A stretch of 64,000 bases of DNA from an uncultured Bacilli bacterium (GTDB lineage: Bacteria; Bacillota_I; Bacilli_A; RF39; UBA660). How positions within the stretch are numbered: position 1 is the stretch's first letter; the number at the start of each line of letters is the position of its first letter. Position numbers and translations under genes: made by a program. The notes beneath the pieces are model-generated. The model saw nothing but the letters and a program-made list of their open reading frames with translations, ran no database searches and was not told the origin of the DNA. Positions 55,078 through 63,193 of the stretch are shown here, in pieces. The stretch is from NCBI GenBank assembly GCA_947625535.1, contig CANQOR010000002.1:9507-73506 (forward strand). Direction: 5' to 3'.

Positions 55078-55926
55078 ATGAAAGATATATTAAATAAATA
55101 TTATGGAATTGATATTGATTATTATAAAGAATTAGATAATGGTTTATTATTTCAAATAGATGGAATAAATTATTTACTATGTAAAACTAATTATGATGAA
55201 ACATATATTAATGAATTATATAAAGTATGTTTAGATTTAAAGAAAGATAAAACATTATTACATGATTTTGTCTTTAATAAAAATGGTTTATTATTAACTG
55301 AAGGATATATATTATTTAAAATAAATGTTTTATTAGATGATATAACAATAAATGATATTTATAAATTTAATCAAATAGATTGTAATAAGTATAAAGAACA
55401 ATATATTACAATGGAAAAATTTTGGGAAGAAAAAATAGATTATTTAGAAATACAAATAAGTGAATTATCTGATAAGCAATTAATTAATTATAGTTTTGAT
55501 TATTTTATAGGGATTGCAGAGATAATAATTATGTTTTTAAAAAAGAATAATACTAATATTGATTTATGTCTTTCTCATAAGTCTTTAAATAGTTTAAAAA
55601 CAATAGATTTTTATAATCCTTTAAATATTACTTTTGATTTAAAATTAAAAGATATAGCTAGTTATATAAGGTTAAGTAATAATATTAGTTTATTAGAAGA
55701 TATATTAGATAAACAAGATGAATCTTTTAATAAAGCTTATTTATTTGCAAGATTAGTTTTTCCATTTAAATATTTTGATATTATAGGGGATATGGTTGTA
55801 GATCAAAAGGAAGAAAAAGATCTAGTTATTATTTTAAATCAAATTGATATGTATGAAGATTATCTTTATAAAATAGAGCAGATGTTTGGAATATATTTAT
55901 TTTCGTGGTTAAAAAAAAGTAATTAA
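55078..55926 (+). CDS. CotS/YutH-like (kinase-fold spore coat protein family) candidate
   Basis: Start set at ATG 55078, downstream of the terminator. The N-terminus MKDILNKYYGI and gene neighbourhood (yutD, yunB) suggest YutH-like, but sequence evidence is weak. Confidence 0.4.
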   Translation: MKDILNKYYGIDIDYYKELDNGLLFQIDGINYLLCKTNYDETYINELYKVCLDLKKDKTLLHDFVFNKNGLLLTEGYILFKINVLLDDITINDIYKFNQIDCNKYKEQYITMEKFWEEKIDYLEIQISELSDKQLINYSFDYFIGIAEIIIMFLKKNNTNIDLCLSHKSLNSLKTIDFYNPLNITFDLKLKDIASYIRLSNNISLLEDILDKQDESFNKAYLFARLVFPFKYFDIIGDMVVDQKEEKDLVIILNQIDMYEDYLYKIEQMFGIYLFSWLKKSN

Positions 55927-56189
55927 ATTGTTACATTAATTACTCCTTCTATTTCTGGTATATCCATTTTTAAGGTTTCATATAAACCATTTTTTATTGT
56001 ATCATCTGAGAATAAGCAAGCTTGGCAAGCTCCAGTTAATTTAACGTAGACGATTTTATCTTTATAATCAATAAATTCAACATCGCCACCATCCATATTT
56101 AAATAAGGGCGTAAATTATCTAGAATTTCTTTTATTTTAGTTATGGTATCTTGTTTATTTTCTTCTTTTTGAACTATTTCTTTGGCCAT
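55923..56189 (-). CDS. NifU-like (Nfu) Fe-S cluster scaffold domain protein
   Basis: MDGGDVEFIDY...VKLTGACQAC signature. Confidence 0.8.
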   Translation of the reverse strand: MAKEIVQKEENKQDTITKIKEILDNLRPYLNMDGGDVEFIDYKDKIVYVKLTGACQACLFSDDTIKNGLYETLKMDIPEIEGVINVTI

Positions 56190-56271
56190 AAATATCACCG
56201 TAATTAATTATAACTTATAATTTATTTGGTGTAAATAATTAGTTGTGGTATAATACTTTCGAGGTGGAAGA

Positions 56272-56607
56272 ATGCCAAAATATAAAGTTGGTGACACAGT
56301 AAAAGGAAAAGTTACTGGAATTGAGAATTATGGTATTTTTCTTTTAATGGATGATGGCTATTCCGGATTGATTCATATTTCTGAAATCTCTGATAAGTTT
56401 GTAAGAAGCGTTTTTGATTATGTACAACTAGGAGAAATTATTAAAGCTAAAGTTTTGGAAGTTGATGAAGTTAATAAAAAGATTAAATTAACTATTAAAA
56501 ATTTTGATTATCGTATAGAAGATAAAAAGGAATTAGAGGATAAAAATGGTTTTTCACCATTAAGAGAAATGTTGCCAAAGTGGATTGAAGAATTTAAGGA
56601 AAAATAA
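56272..56607 (+). CDS. S1 RNA-binding domain protein (YugI/GSP13-like)
   Basis: GDTVKGKVTGIENYGIFLLMDDGYSGLIHISE S1 motif. Confidence 0.85.
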   Translation: MPKYKVGDTVKGKVTGIENYGIFLLMDDGYSGLIHISEISDKFVRSVFDYVQLGEIIKAKVLEVDEVNKKIKLTIKNFDYRIEDKKELEDKNGFSPLREMLPKWIEEFKEK

Positions 56608-56630
56608 AGAGTTAATCTTTATTTTTTTTG

Positions 56631-56656
56631 AAAAAAAAACAAGGTTTAAACCTTGT
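56631..56656 (-). terminator. terminator of the minus-strand tRNA-Leu
   Basis: On the minus strand: acaagg-tttaaa-ccttgt followed by a 9-T run. Confidence 0.5.
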
Positions 56657-56666
56657 AATTAACAAT

Positions 56667-56755
56667 TGGTGCCCAAGGCCGGACTTGAACCGGCACGAGG
56701 GTTAAATCTCGCAGGATTTTAAGTCCTGTGCGTCTACCTATTCCGCCACTTGGGC
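56667..56755 (-). tRNA. tRNA-Leu (anticodon UAA)
   Basis: Hand-folded. Reverse complement reads GCCCAAG...CTTGGGCACCA, with anticodon loop CTTAAAA, a long variable arm and an encoded CCA. Confidence 0.9.
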
Positions 56756-56784
56756 AGGCACCGTCTTTTTCATAAGACTATTTG

Positions 56785-56813
56785 AGTATATCGCATTTTA
56801 TGGGCTTTTGCAA
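56785..56813 (-). promoter_or_regulatory. promoter candidate for tRNA-Leu (minus strand)
   Basis: On the minus strand: TTGCAA (56813-56808), 17-nt spacer, TATACT (56790-56785). Confidence 0.4.
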
Positions 56814-56906
56814 TACTTTTTTCAAAAAAAATTGATATAAAGTTGTTTCTTTTGAGAAATTAGTATTTTAAAAGGTGGCATTTAAGCAATTTAGGATGGT
56901 TTTTTG

Positions 56907-56936
56907 TTGACATCTATTTTTATAGTGTGCTATAAT
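56907..56936 (+). promoter_or_regulatory. promoter candidate for the tRNA Ser-fMet-Asp-Phe unit
   Basis: TTGACA (56907-56912), 18-nt spacer, TATAAT (56931-56936). Confidence 0.5.
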
Positions 56937-56965
56937 CAATTTGTCGCTGAAGGAAAAAGCGAGAT

Positions 56966-57058
56966 GGAGGAATACCCAAGTCTGGTTGAAGGGACCGGTC
57001 TTGAAAACCGGAAGGTCGTGTGAGCGGCGCAGGGGTTCGAATCCCTTTTCCTCCGCCA
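56966..57058 (+). tRNA. tRNA-Ser (anticodon UGA)
   Basis: Acceptor stem GGAGGAA/TTCCTCC, anticodon loop CTTGAAA, long variable arm, encoded CCA. Confidence 0.9.
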
Positions 57059-57071
57059 TTTGTTTGTTTAT

Positions 57072-57148
57072 CGCGGGATGGAGCAGTCTGGTAGCTCGCC
57101 GGGCTCATAACCCGGAGGTCGTTGGTCCAAATCCAGCTCCCGCAACCA
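57072..57148 (+). tRNA. initiator tRNA-fMet (anticodon CAU)
   Basis: CGCGGGA...TCCCGCAACCA with a C1xA72 mismatch, GGG/CCC in the anticodon stem, and loop CTCATAA. Confidence 0.9.
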
Positions 57149-57152
57149 TTAT

Positions 57153-57229
57153 GGTCCGTTAGTCTAGAGGCCTATGACGTCTGCCTGTCACGCAGAAGAT
57201 CACGGGTTCGAATCCCGTACGGACCGCCA
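57153..57229 (+). tRNA. tRNA-Asp (anticodon GUC)
   Basis: GGTCCGT...ACGGACCGCCA, anticodon loop CTGTCAC. Confidence 0.9.
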
Positions 57230-57233
57230 TGTT

Positions 57234-57309
<76 letters not shown>

Positions 57310-57319
57310 TTTGAATATT

Positions 57320-57353
57320 AAACTCGAATTTTTTAATTCGAGTTTTCTTTTTT
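57320..57353 (+). terminator. intrinsic terminator after the tRNA unit
   Basis: 11-bp stem aaactcgaatt / aattcgagttt with a TTTT loop and a T-rich tail. Confidence 0.7.
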
Positions 57354-57390
57354 GTTATATAATAGTTAATTATTAGAAAGGAGTGTTCTT

Positions 57391-57786
57391 GTGAATATTT
57401 CTGAATTAAATGAATTAATACAATTTGAAAAAAATAAAAAGAATATAAGTGTTAAAGAAATTAGTGATGGTCATCATTCATTTGATGAATTATATAGAAA
57501 TAGAATGATTTTATTTTGTACGTTATGTAATTGTTTTCCTGATATTTCATGGAAATCAAAAAAGCATTATAATGAAGAAACTGATCCGATGTTTAATGGT
57601 GATTTTATCGCAGGTATTAATACACCAAAAGGAGTTGCTACTTATCATTTTAAGATGAAATATTGGGATTTATTTAAGGTAAAAGAACTGGATAGAGCTT
57701 TACCATATGATGATTATAGTAATGATGAAGTGATGGTAAGAATTATGTCTTTAGGACCTAATAATACTAAAAAAAGGTATAAATAG
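57391..57786 (+). CDS. hypothetical protein (GTG start)
   Basis: 131-aa ORF with a GGAG RBS, lying between two tRNA units. The DGHHSFDELY motif was noted but no family is assigned. Confidence 0.45.
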   Translation: MNISELNELIQFEKNKKNISVKEISDGHHSFDELYRNRMILFCTLCNCFPDISWKSKKHYNEETDPMFNGDFIAGINTPKGVATYHFKMKYWDLFKVKELDRALPYDDYSNDEVMVRIMSLGPNNTKKRYK

Positions 57787-57848
57787 GTATTAACAAGGCG
57801 TTTTTGACATTTAAATCCAGAAAAAAAGTCGAAATTTTTAAAAATTTT

Positions 57849-57877
57849 ATTGACATTCAATTTGTTAATTGGTATAC
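57849..57877 (+). promoter_or_regulatory. promoter candidate for the tRNA Val-Thr-Tyr-Gln-Lys unit
   Basis: TTGACA (57849-57854), 17-nt spacer, TATACT (57872-57877). Confidence 0.5.
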
Positions 57878-57900
57878 TTAGTCTTGTCCAGAGCAAGTTT

Positions 57901-57977
57901 GGGCGATTAGCTCAGTTGGTTAGAGCACCTGCCTTACAAGCAGGGGGTCATAGGTTCGAGTCCTATATCGCCCACCA
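57901..57977 (+). tRNA. tRNA-Val (anticodon UAC)
   Basis: GGGCGAT...ATCGCCCACCA, anticodon loop CTTACAA. Confidence 0.9.
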
Positions 57978-57985
57978 TTTTTTTT

Positions 57986-58061
57986 GCCGACATAGCGTAA
58001 CTGGCAGCGCAACTGACTTGTAATCAGTAGGTTGGGGGTTCGACTCCCTCTGTCGGCACCA
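57986..58061 (+). tRNA. tRNA-Thr (anticodon UGU)
   Basis: GCCGACA...TGTCGGCACCA, anticodon loop CTTGTAA. Confidence 0.9.
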
Positions 58062-58067
58062 GATTAT

Positions 58068-58151
58068 GGGAGGATAGCGAAGTGGTCAAACGCGGCAGAC
58101 TGTAAATCTGTTCCTTCGGGTTCCATGGTTCAAATCCATGTCCTCCCACCA
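58068..58151 (+). tRNA. tRNA-Tyr (anticodon GUA)
   Basis: GGGAGGA...TCCTCCCACCA, anticodon loop CTGTAAA, long variable arm. Confidence 0.9.
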
Positions 58152-58160
58152 TTTCTGTAT

Positions 58161-58236
58161 TGCCTTGTAGCCAAGTGGTAAGGCATCAGACTTTGACTCT
58201 GACATTTCGATGGTTCGAGTCCATCCAAGGCAGCCA
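58161..58236 (+). tRNA. tRNA-Gln (anticodon UUG)
   Basis: TGCCTTG...CAAGGCAGCCA, anticodon loop CTTTGAC. Confidence 0.9.
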
Positions 58237-58243
58237 TTCTTTT

Positions 58244-58319
58244 GTTCCGCTAGCTCAGTAGGTAGAGCATTTGACTTTTAATCAAAGGGTCTGGGGTTCG
58301 AATCCCCAGCGGGACACCA
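58244..58319 (+). tRNA. tRNA-Lys (anticodon UUU)
   Basis: GTTCCGC...GCGGGACACCA, anticodon loop CTTTTAA. Confidence 0.9.
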
Positions 58320-58330
58320 TTCTGATTATG

Positions 58331-58353
58331 AACAAGGTTTATCCTTGTTTTTT
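58331..58353 (+). terminator. intrinsic terminator
   Basis: Stem aacaagg / ccttgtt with a 5-nt loop, followed by TTTT. Confidence 0.6.
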
Positions 58354-58373
58354 AAATATAATGTAAAAAAAAC

Positions 58374-58402
58374 TTGCATTTTACATAAAATAAAGATATA
58401 AT
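58374..58402 (+). promoter_or_regulatory. promoter candidate for the tRNA Arg-Pro unit
   Basis: TTGCAT (58374-58379), 17-nt spacer, TATAAT (58397-58402). Confidence 0.5.
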
Positions 58403-58426
58403 GTATTTGCGTTTACAAAAAGAAAT

Positions 58427-58503
58427 GCGCTCTTAGCTCAATTGGATAGAGCGTTTGACTACGGATCAAAAGGTTAGGGGTTCGACTCCCTTAGGGCGCA
58501 CCA
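58427..58503 (+). tRNA. tRNA-Arg (anticodon ACG)
   Basis: GCGCTCT...AGGGCGCACCA, anticodon loop CTACGGA. Confidence 0.9.
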
Positions 58504-58511
58504 TTATTTAT

Positions 58512-58588
58512 CGAGAAGTAGCACAGCTTGGTAGTGCACTAGTTTTGGGAACTAGGGGTCGCAGGTTCGAATCCTGTCTTCTCGACCA
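58512..58588 (+). tRNA. tRNA-Pro (anticodon UGG)
   Basis: CGAGAAG...CTTCTCGACCA, anticodon loop TTTGGGA. Confidence 0.9.
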
Positions 58589-58598
58589 GTTAATAAAT

Positions 58599-58621
58599 AA
58601 ACCTCTATTAAGAGGTTTTTT
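58599..58621 (+). terminator. intrinsic terminator
   Basis: Stem aaacctct / agaggttt with a 4-nt loop and a T-run. Confidence 0.65.
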
Positions 58622-58654
58622 ATATGTTATAATTTAAATAACGTTGGTGATAAT

Positions 58655-58876
58655 ATGAAGAAAATTTTAGTTAAATTAATAGATTTATATCAAGCAGCAC
58701 CTCTACATTGTCATTCGATGTGTCGATTTCAACCTACTTGTTCACAATATATGAAAGAAGCTATTATAATGTATGGTTCTTTTAAGGGAGTATGGCTTGG
58801 AATAAAAAGAATTTTAAGATGTAATCCTTTTGGGGGATACGGATATGACCCAGTACCACAAAAAGGAAATAAATGA
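58655..58876 (+). CDS. yidD: membrane protein insertion efficiency factor YidD
   Basis: [15 protein letters not shown]...[17 protein letters not shown] signature. Confidence 0.9.
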   Translation: MKKILVKLIDLYQAAPLHCHSMCRFQPTCSQYMKEAIIMYGSFKGVWLGIKRILRCNPFGGYGYDPVPQKGNK

Positions 58877-58897
58877 TATAATAGAATAGGTGATAGT

Positions 58898-59533
58898 ATG
58901 AAAAAAGAAACAATTTTAGATACACTATCTTTTATAGTTGGATTAGTAACGATTCTTTTAGTAGTATTTTTTAAAGATAAAATGAATTATTTATTATTTA
59001 GTTTAGCAATAGGTGGTTCTTTATTTGGAATAATACTAATTATGAAAAAAAGTAATTATGGATACTTAATTACTAGTTTAGGAATTAGTTTATTAGGTTC
59101 AGTTTTATTATATAGATTTAATATATTAGATCGACCTGATGCTGTTACTTTTATGATAACTGGTAGTGTGTTTTCTTTAATGGTTATATCAATGATATTT
59201 AGTGTTATTAATGATAAAGTAAATAAAAAAGAATGCAGTTTGTTAATATATGGTGAAGTTGTTGATTTAGTTAAAAATCCCAATACTAAAGATGAATATT
59301 TTCAACCTATATATGAATATGTAGTAGATGATAAACCATATCAAGTAGCACATCCTAAGTTTTTGAATAAGAAGATACCTGATATAGGAAGTAAACATAA
59401 AATATATGTTAATCCTAAGAAACATGAAGATGTTTATTTTGAAAAAGAACCAATAGATAAGTTATATGATTATGGAATTAGTTTGTTATTAGCGATAGTA
59501 TCTTTAATAATAATTATTACTTTATTTGTGTAG
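58898..59533 (+). CDS. membrane protein with DUF3592-like extracytoplasmic domain
   Basis: Four N-terminal TM helices, a beta-rich domain (YGEVVDLV...YEYVVDDKPYQV) and a C-terminal TM helix. Confidence 0.5.
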   Translation: MKKETILDTLSFIVGLVTILLVVFFKDKMNYLLFSLAIGGSLFGIILIMKKSNYGYLITSLGISLLGSVLLYRFNILDRPDAVTFMITGSVFSLMVISMIFSVINDKVNKKECSLLIYGEVVDLVKNPNTKDEYFQPIYEYVVDDKPYQVAHPKFLNKKIPDIGSKHKIYVNPKKHEDVYFEKEPIDKLYDYGISLLLAIVSLIIIITLFV

Positions 59534-59539
59534 GTTTAT

Positions 59540-59833
59540 ATGAATGAAAATGAACTTATGGAAGTTTTAAGAAAAGAATTTAAATTCTTGGAACTTAAAA
59601 GATTTGAAATAGTTAGTAATTATGTAACTGGAATGGTTAGAGTTAGTGATATAGAAGATTTTAAAGAAAAGTTATTTGGTTTTAGAGATAAGTTATATGC
59701 TATATCAATTAGTGATGACAATTTAATAGAGATTGCTAAAATGAAAAGTGTTGTACAGCACCTAAATACCGAGGTTTTAGAGGATGAAGATATCTTAGCA
59801 ATAGCTTATCAAAATGAAAATAGTGGTATATAG
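59540..59833 (+). CDS. hypothetical protein
   Basis: 97-aa ORF. No motif recognised. Confidence 0.4.
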   Translation: MNENELMEVLRKEFKFLELKRFEIVSNYVTGMVRVSDIEDFKEKLFGFRDKLYAISISDDNLIEIAKMKSVVQHLNTEVLEDEDILAIAYQNENSGI

Positions 59834-59924
59834 AAAAGTTATATCTGAATAATTTTTCTTTTATTTTGCCATAATAGTGATATAATTAAATCATTCCCTT
59901 TTTAAGAAAGTAGTGAAATATTTT

Positions 59925-61187
59925 ATGAAAAAGAGATATTTAGCATTTGCTTTAATACTTATGCTTCTTAGTATAGTAAATACTAAGGCTTTAGTAGTAG
60001 GTGATTGCAAGGTATTAGTTTCATATAAACTATATTCTAGTTTAGATGAAGAAAAATTTATTTGTAAAGGTAAAGAATTTGGTAATAGTAGTGATGCTAT
60101 TTATTATTCAGGAACTGGTAATACAGTTAAGATTAATAATGTAGACATTTATTATTTAACTAGTTGGGATACTTATGATGTAGTATTAGATATTACAGGT
60201 AAAAATAATATTGCAATGTTACATCTTGGTGATACTAAGTTTAAAGTAACAGGTAATGGTTCTTTAAAGTTTAAACAAAATTCTTATGTAAAAAAAGTTG
60301 TTAATGGGGAAGCTATTTATAGTTATAAATATAATGATAAACAAATAGTTACTGATGACAATAAAATTTATGAGGGAAGTACATTAGAATTTGAAGAAGA
60401 TTACTCTACTTTAAAAGTAAATAATAAATTACCAGAAGAATACAACATAGATGATTATTCATTAGTTCAAGTAGTAGATTACACTAAAATGACTTCTGTA
60501 ATAGTTACAGAGTCTTGGATTAAAGATCATATTGATACGGAACTTAATACATCTTTAGAAAATGGAATTGGTGTTATTAAGTATATTGCACCTAAGAAAG
60601 AAGAAACAAAGAAAGAAGTTAAACCTGATAATCAATTAGAAAATGATAAAGTAGTTTTAATTTCAGAAAAGAAAGTTAATACAAAGTATAAATTAGGTGT
60701 TGATGATTTAAAAGAAGAAGAGATTGCTAAGAAAGTATCTGATTCAATAGATAAGTTATTAATTGGTTTATATGATGTAAATGTTTATAATGGTAAAAAA
60801 GTAGTTTCAATGAAAAATGGGACTTATACTATTAAAATTAAGTTAGATGAAGAACCTTCTAAATATGAAAATTATCAAATAATTTATGTTAATGATGAAG
60901 GTGAAATAGAAGAATATATTGATGCTAAAATAGAAAATGGATATGTTGTTTTCAAAACATCACATTTAAGTCAATATGGAATTATTGCTACACCAGTAGT
61001 TACGGAAGTAGAAGCTACTCCTTTAGTGGCACCTAAAAAGAATGTTATAATAGGTAATATTTTAAAAATATCTATTTTAGTAGGTTTTTCTATTATAGCA
61101 TTAGGTTTAATAGGATTTTTAATATTTAAGAGTAATTTATTACAAAAGAAAAAGAAGAAAAGAAAAAGGGCACTTGCTAAAGCATAG
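59925..61187 (+). CDS. secreted protein with C-terminal TM anchor and poly-Lys tail
   Basis: Signal peptide (…VNTKA), C-terminal TM helix + KKKKKRKR. No LPXTG motif. Confidence 0.5.
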   Translation: MKKRYLAFALILMLLSIVNTKALVVGDCKVLVSYKLYSSLDEEKFICKGKEFGNSSDAIYYSGTGNTVKINNVDIYYLTSWDTYDVVLDITGKNNIAMLHLGDTKFKVTGNGSLKFKQNSYVKKVVNGEAIYSYKYNDKQIVTDDNKIYEGSTLEFEEDYSTLKVNNKLPEEYNIDDYSLVQVVDYTKMTSVIVTESWIKDHIDTELNTSLENGIGVIKYIAPKKEETKKEVKPDNQLENDKVVLISEKKVNTKYKLGVDDLKEEEIAKKVSDSIDKLLIGLYDVNVYNGKKVVSMKNGTYTIKIKLDEEPSKYENYQIIYVNDEGEIEEYIDAKIENGYVVFKTSHLSQYGIIATPVVTEVEATPLVAPKKNVIIGNILKISILVGFSIIALGLIGFLIFKSNLLQKKKKKRKRALAKA

Positions 61188-61226
61188 TTGCTCTTTTTTT
61201 GATATAATAATAAAGGTGAATTAATA

Positions 61227-61508
61227 ATGAAGTATTTTTTAATATATTTAATAATTATTAATTTAGTTAGTTTTATTTTATATGGCTTAGATAAAAGTTT
61301 TTCTAAATTAAAGAAATGGCGAATTAGTGAAAGAGGACTTTTTTTATTAAGTTTATTTGGAGGAGGAGTTGGTTCTTTAATAGGAATGATTTTATTTAGA
61401 CATAAAACTAAGAAGATAAAATTTTATATATGGAATATAATTATGATAGGAATATGGTTTTATTTATGTTATAAGTATTTAGAAGTAGGTGGATATTTAT
61501 GGAAATGA
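61227..61508 (+). CDS. DUF1294-family membrane protein
   Basis: YGLDKSFSKLKKWRISE...FGGGVGSLIGMILFRHKTKK signature. Confidence 0.7.
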   Translation: MKYFLIYLIIINLVSFILYGLDKSFSKLKKWRISERGLFLLSLFGGGVGSLIGMILFRHKTKKIKFYIWNIIMIGIWFYLCYKYLEVGGYLWK

Positions 61509-61840
61509 TAGTACATTTAGATAATGATGTGTTTGAAATAGTTAAAAATGGTAGTAAAGATATTGAAGTAAGACTTAATGATGAAAAAAGAAGACAATTA
61601 AGTGTTGGGGATACTTTAGTATTTTTAAAAAGGCCATTAGATGATGAAGAGATAAAAGCTTTAGTAACAGGTTTAGATTATTATGATAGTTTTAATGAAT
61701 TAGTTAAACATTATGAAATGAAAAGATTATATTTAGAAAGTTATACTAAAGAGATGTGGCTTAAGGAAATGGAAAGATTTTATACAGAAGAAGATCAAGC
61801 TAAGTATGGGGTAGTAGCTATTAAATTTAAGAAGGTATAA
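61499..61840 (+). CDS. ASCH-domain protein
   Basis: About 113 aa. N-terminal pattern (…FEIVKNGSKDIEVRLNDEKRRQLSVGDTLVF) is typical of ASCH/PUA-like folds. Confidence 0.55.
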   Translation: MEMIVHLDNDVFEIVKNGSKDIEVRLNDEKRRQLSVGDTLVFLKRPLDDEEIKALVTGLDYYDSFNELVKHYEMKRLYLESYTKEMWLKEMERFYTEEDQAKYGVVAIKFKKV

Positions 61841-61842
61841 AG

Positions 61843-62310
61843 ATGAAAAGAAGTGCTGGTATTTTACCTTATAGAGTAATTAATAATAAAGTACAAGTTT
61901 ATTTAGAACATCCAGGGGGTCCTTTTTGGGAAGGTATAGATAAATGGAGTATTTGTAAAGGGGAATATAAATATGAGAAAGCTAAAGATGCTGCTATAAG
62001 GGAATTTAAGGAAGAAACAGGTTTTAAAATAGATAAAGAGGAATTAATATTTATTGGTTCTCATAAAGTTTTAGCTTCAAATAAGTTAATTACTATTTTT
62101 GCTATTAAGAAAGATTTAGATCCTAGTAAAATGAAAAGTAATACTTTTATAAAAGAATGGCCGAAGGGTTCTGGAATAATAAAAGAGTTTCCTGAAATGG
62201 ATAAAGGGCAATGGTTTGATATAGATGAAGCTAAAGATAAGATATTTGATAGCCAGGTAGAGATTTTAAGAAAGTTTGTAGATAAATATAATAATGGTTA
62301 TTTATCTTAA
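61843..62310 (+). CDS. NUDIX hydrolase
   Basis: NUDIX box GEYKYEKAKDAAIREFKEETGF. Confidence 0.8.
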   Translation: MKRSAGILPYRVINNKVQVYLEHPGGPFWEGIDKWSICKGEYKYEKAKDAAIREFKEETGFKIDKEELIFIGSHKVLASNKLITIFAIKKDLDPSKMKSNTFIKEWPKGSGIIKEFPEMDKGQWFDIDEAKDKIFDSQVEILRKFVDKYNNGYLS

Positions 62311-62343
62311 ATTATGGTATGATTTTATCAAGTAGGAGGGCTT

Positions 62344-63183
62344 ATGATGATAGATAAATTAGCTTTTTATTTCGTACTATTTATAATATATGCTTTTCTT
62401 GGTTGGTGTATGGAAATGGTATTTTGTTATTTTAATACTAAGAAATGGGTAGATAGAGGTTTTTTAATTGGGCCTATATGTCCAATATATGGGTATGGTT
62501 GTTTAGGAATTATTTTATTACTTAAGAAGTATTATGATGATCCGATAGTTTTATTTACAATGGCTGTTTTAATTTGTTCTATATTAGAATATTTTACTAG
62601 TTATGCAATGGAAAAGTTATTTAAAGCAAGATGGTGGGATTATTCTGATAAGAAGTTTAATATTAATGGACGTATTTGTTTAGAACTTATATTTGCTTTT
62701 GGTTTATTAGGTTTATTAGTTATGTATGGTATTAATCCTTTAATATCAGGACTTTTAAGTAAAGTTAATATAACTGTTTTAAAAGTAGTAGCTTTAATAT
62801 TATTAGTTTTATATTTAGTAGATAATATTATTTCATTTAAGATAATTAGTGGATTTAAAAATGTTGCTAAATCAGTTAAAAAAGATAATACAGAAGAAAT
62901 AACTAAGAAAGTTAAAGAGTTATTAATTAAAAAGGGTGGTTTATACAAAAGACTTGTTACAGCATTTAACTTTGAAGCTTCAGAAAAATTATTAAAAGAT
63001 TTTAAAGCTCATATTAAAAATACAGCTAAGAAAGCTAAGAATAAGATAATGGCGGAAAAAGAAAAGAATAATTTAAAAAGAGAAGAAATAATTTTAGAAT
63101 ATGAAACTAAAGTTAAAGAATTTAAAGAAAAGATTAAAGAAGAAAAAATTAAGAAGAAAAATAGATTAAAGAAAATAAAGTAG
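62344..63183 (+). CDS. polytopic membrane protein (putative ABC-transporter type IV / DUF1113-like) with a Lys-rich coiled-coil tail
   Basis: IYAFLGWCMEMVF...GPICPIYGYG signature. Confidence 0.55.
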   Translation: MMIDKLAFYFVLFIIYAFLGWCMEMVFCYFNTKKWVDRGFLIGPICPIYGYGCLGIILLLKKYYDDPIVLFTMAVLICSILEYFTSYAMEKLFKARWWDYSDKKFNINGRICLELIFAFGLLGLLVMYGINPLISGLLSKVNITVLKVVALILLVLYLVDNIISFKIISGFKNVAKSVKKDNTEEITKKVKELLIKKGGLYKRLVTAFNFEASEKLLKDFKAHIKNTAKKAKNKIMAEKEKNNLKREEIILEYETKVKEFKEKIKEEKIKKKNRLKKIK

Positions 63184-63193
63184 ATGATGAATA

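Noticed and set aside
56868-57162. Three short ORFs (56868-57059 minus, 56920-57108 minus, 56941-57162 plus)
   Set aside because: They overlap the tRNA-Ser/fMet/Asp genes and their promoter. They are GC-rich tRNA sequence read as protein.
58455-58637. 60-aa ORF
   Set aside because: It overlaps the tRNA-Arg and tRNA-Pro genes.
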